The notes below the pieces were generated by a model. It searched no databases. It was not told the origin of the DNA and saw only the letters and a program-made list of their open reading frames with translations. Shown piece after piece: positions 1-11,123 of a stretch of DNA of 64,000 nt. Where the stretch lies: NCBI GenBank assembly GCA_973895155.1, contig OZ316892.1:11534238-11598237 (forward strand), written 5' to 3'. The translations under genes were made by a program, and so were the position numbers. The DNA is from Marsupella aquatica (Eukaryota; Plantae; Marchantiophyta). Every line of letters starts with the position of its first letter. Within the stretch, counting starts at the first letter, position 1.

Positions 1-1702
1 CCTCCCAGCATAAATTTTCGAAACCTTTTGGGACGAGCTTAAGCAGCCCTACCGGGAGATGTTAAACACCTCCTTCACCTCTGGGCACCTCCACCAGAAT
101 TAGTGTAATTTCCCTATTGTTTGGAGCAGGGTATAAACAATTGGTGGAAAATGAAAGACCGTTCCTCCTTTGTACAGATTACAAGATTATTGTAGAAACC
201 TCACTGGACTTACAAAATTTGTCATTGCCAATAGAGTTTTCAGTAAAAGCAGCCTATGAAAAGATGGGTGCTTACCTATAATTCTAAAATACAAGTTACC
301 TTAACCGTAGCATGAAGAAACTTTTCAGCCACAACTCAGGGTTACTTGTAGCAAAATGATTCTAGGGCAGCAATGTCTCTCCCCTCACACGGTCTACTTT
401 GGTGTATGGAGCATTTCTGACAGTTTTTGCTTTATCTAGAGTGCATGCCCATGGTCCATGGTGATGCTCTATTGTTCTATTGCCACTCGTGCTTTGCCTT
501 ATGCTGGTTCACTGTAGCTCTGCCACGTATGCTTGAAGCTGCTCCCATCCGATCGATGCTACTGCTTGACCTCACCCTGCTGTGGGGATCAACAGAATGC
601 TGTAAGTTGGACCTCGCCTTACTGCTGGATGTTGCTAATGTGAGTGACTTAGGCGTGGCCGCCCCCATAGTTTGTTTTGGCATTTTTGTCCTGTATTATA
701 CTCTTGTGTAGTTTAGTTCCCCTGCCGAAAGCTAAGTCACCTTGTGTAATCCCTAAACCGGCTTTCACCATGTGAACTCACCTGCTAAAAGTCCATTTAC
801 AAAAAAACTCGAAAATCTTGCTCTAGGATTAAACCTGACTGGTCCCAATTAAACACATGTATAGTCACCAAACAGCTCAATGTGGATTATTCTAAAGGCT
901 ATGCCCTTGTGGACGTTGAAATGGCCTACTTCACAAAATTCATTTTGGGCCATTTTGATGTGTATTGAATGTAGAATAGATTAGTGTGCACTTCATTTCT
1001 TTTTTTTCAAGTAAAAGGCTTTATAGCAAGGCAGGGGGCAAAAACCATCCCATGCAGGAAAACCAACAAAGAGCTCTATTGTTGTTACAGTGCTGTAAGT
1101 TTAGTATCTCTGTTTCCAAAGCTCACCTGATGCGCAATGTTCAGTAACTTGTCAGTCTCCTTAGCGGTGCATTGCTGCATCAGAGCGTGCTTGCTATCCC
1201 AGCATAGATTACTAAGAGTTTCTACATCTGTTTGATGTCTTTTCTATGACACCCGATTAGTAAGGTTCATCTAAGATATTGAATATACAATCATATTGAC
1301 ATTAAAGATATATACATCTAAACCAAAATGGATTTCAATATCCCAAACGCTTGTCAATTTGATACATATTTATGTACACTAACAAATTTGGCTATCAAAT
1401 GGATACGCAACCCATTTTGGTGATGTATGACTCACTCAAGCACAACTACCCACACAAATCTCATTTCATGGTTCTCCACCAGGGTAACTTTGTCCAAATC
1501 CTGGTAAATGGACATTTATCCAACAAAATTCCCATTCTTTCTTGGGTTTGGCCAGGATGTCTTCACTAAAGGCCTCCCTCCTCTTCCTCTGTGCATACTA
1601 GTCTGATTGACCCTATTATGTAGTGCCATTTCTGTTTTCACAGGTTCTGGGAGATAATTGATTATTATTTTTCCAGTAAATGACCTAACACCTGAGTATT
1701 CT

Positions 1703-1974
1703 CTCGGGGGTTTCACTTCCACAAAAATGGCACATCACGTACAATGAAGTATAGGGTCATTTTATTGGCTCAAAGAGAAGACTTAAGAAGTTTCTAAGAA
1801 GAACAATAGGGACTTATAATAACATTAGGGGCCTTATAACCTAATTTTTGGAATATTTCAAGAATACTCCAACTTTATAGGGGCTATTTAAAAAAAATTT
1901 ATTATATTTTAGGGGGTCTGAGACCTAAAAATGTTACAGGTGATGGGGAGACATACAAATAATGAGACCCCAGG
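1703..1974 (+). mobile_element. hAT-like MITE, family A, copy 1
   Basis: Ends CTCGGGGGTTTCA ... TGAGACCCCAGG form an imperfect TIR. Flanks AGTATTCT (1695-1702) and AGTATTAT (1975-1982) are an 8-bp TSD with 1 mismatch. The AT-rich interior aligns by eye with 45969-46271 and with the reverse complement of 61619-61923. Confidence 0.65.
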
Positions 1975-2722
1975 AGTATTATTCTCCTGATTTAGTTTAA
2001 AATTTTAAAAACAATGTATAACTGAGAAATCAGCATTTACATATATAAAGTTTAGAATATTCTTAAAAGTTATATCACAAAATTCTTTTGAGATTTTACA
2101 AGCACACTTAAACATTGTGTCATTCAGATCCAAAATTTTAATGATTATTAATTGTGCGCAGACTGGAATGATACTAGGGTAGTTGGAATGAGTGACCATC
2201 CCCAGAGTGACTAACCCCGCCTAGTCTTCTTTACCTCAACCCACTCTCACTACTGTACTAGGGCTTCCTTACTATTAGGGAAGAAGCATAGCTTTGGTGT
2301 AGGCTTTAAAGAATACATAAATTACTTCCTCCTTGTACTAATCCAATCCTGTACCTTTTGGAGATACTCTTAAACGTGGACAGAGAAAAGAGCTTGGTCT
2401 TGGCCTGGTTAATGACTACAAGACAAAAAAAACAAAGCATGTTCCAGGATGAACATGCTATATCCCAGTTTGACTCAGGTCCCCATCCCATATTGTGGGC
2501 TGGCCTCTTGGCATCTTGACTCTTTTTTTTCCCAATAAAAATTCCCAAGTGAAACGAGGGCTCTACTGAGTGTACGTGTATGGAGAAACAAAGGGCGAAA
2601 ATAATCATAGATAACAACCTAGAGTGATAGGGGAAAAGGTCAATTCAGCAAAATGTACAAATGAAAATCATATGCATACATACACTGAACATCACAAATC
2701 ACAAAGTAGGGTAACTTCACTT

Positions 2723-3211
2723 CTGGGATTTATTAGGTTACCACTCTTTTTACATACCTTGCCACTGATAATTTTCTATTTATCACAATACCACTCTTTT
2801 TGTTTGTGGGTTAAGACACCTAACCTAGGTAGCTCTTATACGTCCAATGGCTATCACCACACCTAGTTTCCTAATCAAACGGCCAGGGTCTCCCTCACTA
2901 TGACCTTGACCACCCTTGGGTCAGCGTCACCATGGGATGGGTTGGGTGGTCCTGTCTCCCCATCCTACGCATGGCCTCCATCTAATGCCAGCCTGTACCT
3001 CTATGTAGCCTTTGCCTAGTCCTCCTTAAAATGGTCAAAGTCACATTGAGGGAGACCATGCCATCTGATTGCAACCATTGGATGTGAAGTAGCTAACCTG
3101 GGTTAGTTTTCTTAACCACAAACAAAAAGAGTGACATAGTGATAAATAGGAGAAATCCAGTGGCAAGGTATGTTTTATGCCAAAAAAGAGTGGCAATTTA
3201 GTAAATCCCAA
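2723..3211. mobile_element. Mutator-like MITE with ~140-bp terminal inverted repeats
   Basis: 2725-2855 (GGGATTTATTAGGTTACCACTCTTTT...CCAATGG) is the reverse complement of about 3075-3209 (CCATTGG...AAAAGAGTGGCAATTTAGTAAATCCC). Flanks AACTTCACTT (2713-2722) and AACTCCACTT (3212-3221) are a ~10-bp TSD with 1 mismatch. Confidence 0.7.
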
Positions 3212-5455
3212 AACTCCACTTTCGCTTGGCCTTGGTGTGACAAACAATCCGTTCAAGGCAAACAGAAAAATGGAGCAAGGGGAGTTCAAGTTTTTGGTAA
3301 ACTTTAGGGGCAACTAGTAGGATGAAATCACTTTTAAAGCCCATTGATGATTTACCATAAAGTCTTCTCCCAAACATGCCCCAAACTGACCATGAGAAGC
3401 ATGTCACCCTCACTATAGCCCTACGTACAGCTCCCAACCAAGAAGTTTAATAGTGCACTAGCCTGACCCTCTCAGTCCCATGGTGAGTCCCTCACAAAAC
3501 TGAAGGTAAAATACTCTCACTGATCTCACCAGCCTTAAGATATGGAATATAAGGTTACCCTGTTAAACCATTTTTTGGAGGCCCTTGTTATTTCCATAAT
3601 CTTCTGCCCAAAATGTCATGATCCCTTTTTCCCTGGACCATATATTTACTTACTGTAATGATTGTTTGCCTGGACCATATTTACTGACTATAATGATTGT
3701 TTAGGCTGGGGGTTCTAGACTGAACCTTGCTCGCAGGATGGTCGGAAAAGCTTCCCTGCTACCGCCAGTTGGCTTTTTTGACTGTGTAGGCACAGGTCCC
3801 AGAAAGTCATTATCCTCTGCGCAAATATTTTTACCTCGAGTCTCACCCCGAGTACAGTGCAAGCATAGAATTACCAGTTTCACCTCATGTACACCACAAC
3901 GAGAGAATTAGAGGAGTCTCACCCCCAGTATTTACACTGGAACGAGAGAAATACCAGTTTCACCTCATGTACACCACAAAACGAGAATGAGGGACAGAAC
4001 TCAAGGCCACTCGCCCACTCTGCCACAGTTTAAGGAAAACATTAATGCTACTCTTACAGCCTTTAATGGGAGTAACCTATCCGTTCACGGCAAAAAGAAA
4101 AGAAAAAGAAAAGAAAAAGAAAAGAAAAGAAAAACGAGCGGGGCGTTCGAGTCTTTTATTAGAGAACCGCTGCAGACGTCAGTGTGACTGGAGAGACAAG
4201 ACATGAAGACACTGTGTTGTGGGTCGGCGCTGCGGCTATGGTATTTAATAATATTATTATTATTGAAGCGCATTTGTTTCCAGCCCAGACCCACTGTAGT
4301 CTGCGTCCACCTGCTCTTCGAGTAATTGTTTCTTTCGGAGCTGGCGCCCCACGAATTTGTGTGGATCATCCAATGCTACCATGAAAGCATGGTGAGTGAA
4401 GCTCCCAGTCCTCGACTGCGCCTCGACGCCCACTGTCGGAATAATGCAATGAGCAGGTTCTTGTGACTGATAACGCGGCAACGATTCATGAAGGTGGTGA
4501 TCATTACGTGACCATGGAATTTCTGTAGAGGCACTGAGGCAGGCAAGACTTCTCCGGCCGGCTCCGCGAATCAAGAGAGTACTTGACCAGTACAGTGGGT
4601 TTTGAGTGTACACGTTGAGGAGAATCGATCTTTGGCGTTTGGAACGGCGAGGAAGAAACGAAAGAAAAGACGACGTACGTACCTCCTCTGTGCCCTAGAC
4701 TTGTGTGTGTGTTTTGGGTGGGTGTCGATAATGTAGCTGAATCTACCGTGCCAGGTGACTGTGGGGCGTTTGTCAATGTCGTATAGAGAACAGCAAAATT
4801 GGTTCGCGTGCAGTAGTGCAGCGTTTTGATAGTGAGCTAAATCGAAGAAAACGCCCGACCCAGCGGGACCTACTACTGTACCTCCTCGGCCCCCTCCATC
4901 GACAGCTTGCCCCTCTCCCCCCATCTCTCGTATCGGCGCCCAACCTCGTGCAGCACGACCTTCATCGCCACCGATCTAGCTTGCGAGCTGGCCCCACATG
5001 GCCTGTGCAGCTGACAGTTTCATTTAGGGATCTGCAACAGTCACATTGCGAGTTGGGGAGTTGTCTACTGACTTGGGAGGGGAGGAACGGAGGCTTGCCT
5101 GCATGCATTGTCTCACTGCTCGTTCGGCGAAGTTGAGAAGAACCATTGGACGAGACAGATTTTGGCACTGCGCCGAGAAATAATTTACAACAGGCATTGG
5201 AGAAGAGTTTTCTGGAGACAGTCTCAGTGCTCTTTCGGCTGAGTTGAGAAAGGGGAAGGGAAGGCACCGAACCGGAGAATTGACGAAAACGGTGCCTTCC
5301 AGGATAGGGAAGGGAAGGGCAAGGTGAGGGAGCTGGTGGAAGCAAGCATTAACAAAGATAATTGCAGGTACACGTCTCCTCCAACGCTGATTTAAGTCTT
5401 TCGGACAGTGTATCTTCTGCAGTATGAAATTGGTCTTGAACGGGAATAAAATGCA

Positions 5456-7546
5456 ATGCAGTGCAATGTAGTCCTAGCAGATAATCTATTCACCTCAGCT
5501 ACAACAAACATGTCTCCAGTAGTAGGCCAAGTAGCTGCCAGTAGCGAAACTTCACAGCATCAATGTGATAGGCGGCCATTCTCTGAATGGAAAAGTGGAG
5601 AGTGTGCGGGTGAGCCTAAGCCAAGAACGTCAGTGTGTGGGGCGGGGCGGGGCCGGGCGAGGGAGAGTCCAGCGGGCGCGGTTTTGCAACCGCGCGTTGA
5701 CCACCTGCAGCGCGGCCCGACGTGCCAGCACTTCCCTGCAGTTTCCTTGTGGCTTGGGCAAGATGATAGGAGGACCTTTTTTTGTTCCTTTCTTGGGAGG
5801 AACTTCCTTGCGTAGTTCCTCAGACATGGCCGTCGAAGCTCGGTCCAATTACTAACTTGGACTCGATGCAGACATGGATGCAGGTTGTAATATGTACGAT
5901 GCCGGCAATTCACTGCAAGAAAGTAGTCCTCGATCGAAAAGGAGGCGCATGCTGTTGTTTCCCGGGGCCACGGAGGAGTCGACAATCTCCGAGACTTCTT
6001 TCGATGCTGGCCTCGACTCATCCTACGCGGTAGGTTTCCACGCATTGTCACTTGAACATAAGCAAGACGTTTTATGAGCTTCTACTATAACGACTTTATG
6101 AGAGTGCCCTCTTCCCCCTGACGTGTTATGTGGAGACTTGTGCTTGCGGCAGAGCGAATGTGCCGACCTGATTCCGAGCTGTAAAGACCTGGACAAATAT
6201 GACATGCCTATGCCCCCGTCACCTAGCTCACTCTGGTACCAACATGGTGAGTCGATGTCATGAATTTGCATACACCGAACCAATTAGGGAGGACATACGA
6301 TAAGTCTGTGATTGTTTGGCTCTAGTGGAGTCGAGATATCGGTTCATTTATCTTCAGCTCAACGGCCCTGCCCTGCCCTGCCACCACCACGCCTCCCTGT
6401 TTCCAATTCCCGATAATTTACAGAAACTGACTACTGTCTGTGCCCCGCAGATGACCTGCATTTCACCCTGAACGAAGTTCTGGACCCCCAGAAGTGGATG
6501 GCCAGGTCTTTCGGTGAATTTCCAGAGAATGACCAGTGTGATCCAACGTGAGTGGCAATGTCTTTGTTCACCTTGTATCAGCAAGTTGATTGATATTGAC
6601 GTCTTTGCCTTGTCTTTTACGTTCTCACGTATTCATATGTGCTTGTGATCCAGGAAGTTGATCATCCCAGTCAGCGATAATCCTGGTAAGAATCGAGATC
6701 AAGTGTGCCTAGTTTGTGAGGAATTTTGATTTACTCTTCATTGAGATTTAATTTTATTATACTGATTTAAAGTTGTTTCTCGACTAATCAGCTATTCGAC
6801 TTTGCAGCTAGTTGCTCGGACTATCAGCAGCCATCATCGTGCGAGTCAGACGCGTTGGATTGGCCATCGACACCATTCGCTCTTTCTCCTAATTCTGGTA
6901 ATTGTTTGCTTTGTCAAGTTCATGAGAATGCCAAACTGGGATTAGAGGGTAAAGTTTTGCTGTTCTAGCTCTACAAGAACTTCCGGTGTGAGATTCCAAG
7001 CAAGGTAATTTCGAATTTTCGATACGGGAATCAATTGGGATGTACGGCGGGGATGCACGGAAGTCAAAGTGTAGTCAAAGCGGAAGCTTATCACGTCTCG
7101 CAACCTTGAGTGCCAATAGTTGCAAACACTTAGATAGAATTGGAAGTTTATCGCGTCTAGAATCCATTTGAAATAATTTTGCGACGTGTCCGCAGCAATT
7201 CATATGTTTCAGTCTTTCTCGACATAATTTACTGTCGTCGGTCGCAGGGAGGAGACCTACTGCACCTCTTGTACGACCGAAATCGGTGACGCCTGTGGCT
7301 TATCCTTTCGCTCTTCTCAAGCCGTGCGGAGCGCAAGGCGATGTTACTCTAAACGATATTAATCAAAGGATATCAAGGCCTCCTCCACAGCCGCATTTGG
7401 GAGGCGGTGACTATTCTCCATCTCCGTTGGCTATGTCACCATCAGAAGTTTCACCAGGCCGATCCGGAAAATCCGTTGTTGGCCTCACGAAGATTCACAC
7501 GGAAGGAAATGGAACAATCACCATCGTGCGTACCAGAGGTGGATGA
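5456..7546 (+). CDS. XRI1-like: XRI1-family (X-ray induced 1-like) protein, ~307 aa, 7 exons: 5456-5609, 5872-6029, 6153-6246, 6451-6547, 6654-6685, 6808-6897, 7248-7546
   Basis: Recognisable XRI1 motifs SPRSKRRRMLLF and the C-terminal VAYPFALLKPCGAQGDVTLNDINQRI...SGKSVVGLTKIHTEGNGTITIVRTRG*. All introns are GT-AG with consistent phases (924 nt). The start codon is uncertain (5456 or the downstream in-frame ATG near 5510). Confidence 0.85.
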
Positions 7547-8527
7547 TACTTCTGCGCAGAATGATGTCCACCTGCATTGCACCCGAGACATGAGGAAGTC
7601 ATCGCGTGTACCTGTGATCTAATTTGTACCATTCCTTTCAATTTTAGTTGTGGGTCCAGTAGAAATGAGACCCAGATCAGTTTCCAGGAGAATCCCTCCT
7701 CTACTGAATGTAATCGTGAGATGCCCTTGTAAATTTGTACATTATGTCTCTATGATACGGCTCTGGTGGCGTAGCGCGAGACGTCTTTGGAATGACTGTC
7801 TCTCAGACGTCTTTGGAATGACTCTCTCTCAAGGGAGTGCACTTCCTTCTGTGGCAAACTTGGTCGTCATTAGATTATCGAACCAGGAGAAGGCCGGCGC
7901 AACGGCCAAGAACATGAGTTCATGCTCCTTTCATCGGGCCGTTGTTTCTAAGGTTTCTAGGATGTGATCGTTACTGCAGCTGATTCTGGGGATCGGCTAT
8001 GCCATCGCGTTGAGGCAATTGGAGATGTCCTAATTGAGAACCGTGTGGGAAGCGACATTGATCACGGATAATGAGGAACGGATAATGAGGAATTCCGAGT
8101 CTTCTTAGAACAGACGTGCGAACTAAATTCTATGCGAAGAAGGAATCTGGGGAAGTCTGTAACAAAGAAGGTCATCTTGTCTACAACCAGCGTTGGGACA
8201 ACTGTCTGAGAAATTCGAAGTTCCCCAATTAGCGTCAACCTTTTCACAATCGAGCGCTTTGCCACTTCTAATCAAGATGTTAGACCCAATTTCGTAAAGC
8301 TACAAATTGAAATTGAAATTGAAATCTTGACCCAAAGAAATATCCGTTCCAGGAAGAACAGTGCACGTTGCCACGAGTTTGAGGAATTCCACAGCTTTCT
8401 CTTCGGTATTGCGGTTGATTTGTTCGGTTTCTACTTTCGACCATCTTCAAAAGAAAGCTGGTGCTTACTATATATTTCAAACTGCCAAAAAGAAGGGGCG
8501 TCGAACAGGGAGACATGGTCTCACAGG

Positions 8528-8728
8528 CCATAAACCCAATGAAGGCTAAACAAGAAAAGAGGCCAAAAAGTCACAAGCCCAGCCCATAAACCCAATGAAG
8601 GCTAAACAAGAAAAGAGGCCAAAAGGACACAAGCCCAGCCCAAGGAAAACAAAACTTACACAACAAGAAAAGAGGCCAGAAAGACCAGGCACAAGCCCAG
8701 CCCAAGGAAAATAAAAGTCACACAAACC
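8528..8728. repeat. ~57-bp tandem repeats at the 3' end of the RLE retroelement remnant
   Basis: CCATAAACCCAATGAAGGCTAAACAAGAAAAGAGGCCAAAA..CACAAGCCCAGC occurs twice nearly perfectly, followed by diverged units. Confidence 0.8.
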
Positions 8729-8734
8729 TATGGT

Positions 8735-9205
8735 TTACATCTCTGTAAATTGAAGAGCCTGGTATAGCTCAGGAGTGAAGTGCATAGGAGGGTCGAGCAA
8801 GGGGATACCACTACATGCCTGGACTCCAACCACCTCCCCTCTATGAAGAATAGTGAAGACCTGTGCCTGATGAAGCACAATAGACACCCACTGTCTAGAA
8901 AAGGCCATGATCACAGATAGGGGGGATAAGGCCAACACTTGACATAATGAACCCGCACAAGAATGCAAGAAATGGTCAAAAGTTCGGTGCAACGTTCCAA
9001 AGACCTCCACAGCAAACGGGTAGCAAAGGTCCCCCAGGTAATGCGTAGCATAAGCCTCTTCTTTAAGGCGAGCGTCCTCGCCGCAGCGTGGCCCAGGATA
9101 TGGGCAGCAGAGGATGCCACATTGGCCTCACTCGTGGGGTCAGCAACAACCACATCCCCAATGGCGTCCGCTGAAGACCAAATCAGCAGGACGCCTACTT
9201 CCTGC
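8735..9205 (-). mobile_element. Decayed 3' fragment of a non-LTR retrotransposon encoding a restriction-like endonuclease (CRE-like/RLE group)
   Basis: Across two frameshifts it reads RRPADLVFS / IGDVVVADPT..AAHILGHAAARTLALKK / AYATHYLGDLCYPFAVEVFGTLHRTFDHFL...FSRQWVSIVLHQAQVFTILHR. This matches the PD..D..K..Y..PFAVE.FG pattern of RLE domains. Confidence 0.7.
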
Positions 9206-9504
9206 TCAAGAGAGCCCCCAAGTAACTCTGGTGAATAGCCTTGTTACTTCCTCAAAACAGAGCTAAGCTACCTAGATTTTTTCTTTAAAGCAATGTAATT
9301 TTAATAGTAGACATTTGCTCTTGTGCATGCGCTACAAGTACATTGGCAATGTGGGACTACTTACCTAAGGGTGGCTTTACAAGATTTTGGGGCACTTTCT
9401 TTCTTTCGCTTAAACAAACTGGAGGGCCACTTCTTGTTGTAAACACTAGCCTGACTAAACTGGAGGGCCACGTTTTGTTTGCCAGTTCAAAGAACTCACA
9501 TAAG

Positions 9505-9760
9505 TAGAGGTGGACTCAAGTCCATTATCCATTCATCTATTTGCAGTCAAATTGTAGGGGTGAGTACATTCAATCCCATTATCAGCTCATCCAAAGAACA
9601 AAATTAGGGGTGAGTACATTCAGGCCCATTATCAATTCATCTATTTGGTTCAAAGAAGGAAAGTAGTGGTGAGGACTTCAAGCTCATAGTCCATTCATCT
9701 ATTTGCACTCAATTGGTTCAAAGAACTGAAGTAGGCGTGAGTACATTCAAATACATTATT
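9505..9760. repeat. Degenerate ~55-70-bp tandem repeats
   Basis: The motif GTAGGGGTGAGTACATTCAA..CCATTATCAATTCATCTATTTG recurs about 5 times. Confidence 0.6.
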
Positions 9761-10857
9761 TATTTCTGTTCTATTGGTTTTTGATGACTGCTGACACATT
9801 GTGCCATTTCCAGAGACTCACCTGTCCCTTAATACTTGTTTTCCACTTGACTTGCCACTTTACACAACCTCGCGCCCAACAAGCACCCATTGGCTCTCCA
9901 AATAAGAACGTAGCATATATAGAATGAGCCCCATCCAAAATAAGTACGAGGCCCTTCAAAGATCGTTACATTTGTTAGCATGAGTTTTTAGCCGTGGCTG
10001 GAAATTTGGCAAACTTCACCTAGGGTTTTTTGGTTTGAGGCTTCACCACACCCACCAGCAAGTTACTGTAGCTTAACACGAGTTAGCTCAACGTCATACA
10101 TCATCAAGTTTTTTAAGAATTCAGTCATATCTGAAGTGTGCCGACCAGATTTTGGTGTAGACACTGGCACACTGTGGTGGTAGCAATTTCCCGGAACCAC
10201 AGATGTTTCCACCACCTGGCCCCCAGTATTCTGTCACGGAAAACCTCCCCATAACAGTTTCAGACACCCTAATAATGGTAGAAAATAAAATAGAAAGTTC
10301 CGTTTTCTTATGGCCAAAGAGCTCTTTCGTCCAGACCTAGTCAATGAGCTGACCAGAGTCTGGATCATGACTTTTCTCCGGACTAGTTCAAAACTAGAGC
10401 CCAGATCTTTCCTGGCAGTGTAATACAGATCTTCCTCAGATGTTAGTTCAAAACGAAAGCCCAAATCTGTGCTGACAGTAGTGCAATAAGAAGTACGTTA
10501 CGAGAGCCCAATTATGCGCTCAGGATGTAACAATGAGTAAGTTACGAGAGCCCAAATATGTGCACACAGTGTAATCAAAAGGAGTAAGTTACACACCTGA
10601 GATGCATGACTTCTCTTGAGACTCTAGTTCAAAACGAGAGCCCAAATATGTGATGACAGTGTAACGCGGATCTTCCTTGGACTGCAGTGCAATTAGGACC
10701 TAAAACATGTGCTCACAGTGGAATAATAAGGAGTAAGTTACACACCTGAGATGCATGACTTCTTTTGAGACTCTAGCTCAAAACGAGAACCCAAATATTT
10801 GTTGACAGTGTTGTTGGAAATGAACCACACTCGAACGAAGATGGATACCCCCACAAA

Positions 10858-10928
10858 GGGCCTGTAGCTCAGTGGTAGAGCACTACGATGTACACGGGAG
10901 GTCCTAGGTTCAATTCCTAGCCGGTCCA
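10858..10928 (+). promoter_or_regulatory. tRNA-like Pol III cassette (A box + B box) inside the 5' LTR
   Basis: GGGCCTG TA GCTC AGTGGTA GAGC ... CTAGG TTCAATT CCTAG CCGGTCC A. The D arm and T arm are intact, with A box TAGCTCAGTGG and B box GGTTCAATTCC. The acceptor stem has 6/7 pairs and the anticodon arm is imperfect. Confidence 0.8.
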
Positions 10929-11052
10929 TGCTGTTGAAAGTTCCAACATGGTATCAGAGCCAAAGAAAAGGAGTTTCCCTTGTAGCGAGTGCGGCTCAAG
11001 GGTGGGTGTTGGAAATGAACCACACTCGAACGAAGATGGATACCCCCACAAA

Positions 11053-11123
11053 GGGCCTGTAGCTCAGTGGTAGAGCACTACGATGTACACGGGAGGTCCT
11101 AGGTTCAATTCCTAGCCGGTCCA
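11053..11123 (+). promoter_or_regulatory. tRNA-like Pol III cassette inside the 3' LTR (identical copy)
   Basis: Same sequence as 10858-10928. Confidence 0.8.

Noticed and set aside
4084-4930. Divergent minus-strand gene upstream of XRI1-like
   Set aside because: There is one donor-like site near 4683 and several short ORFs, but no coherent exon chain or recognisable protein. It is more simply the promoter region.
10858-11123. Two tandem functional tRNA genes
   Set aside because: The anticodon stem is broken, the loop is non-canonical and there is no T-run terminator. Both copies are explained as parts of the LTRs of one TRIM.
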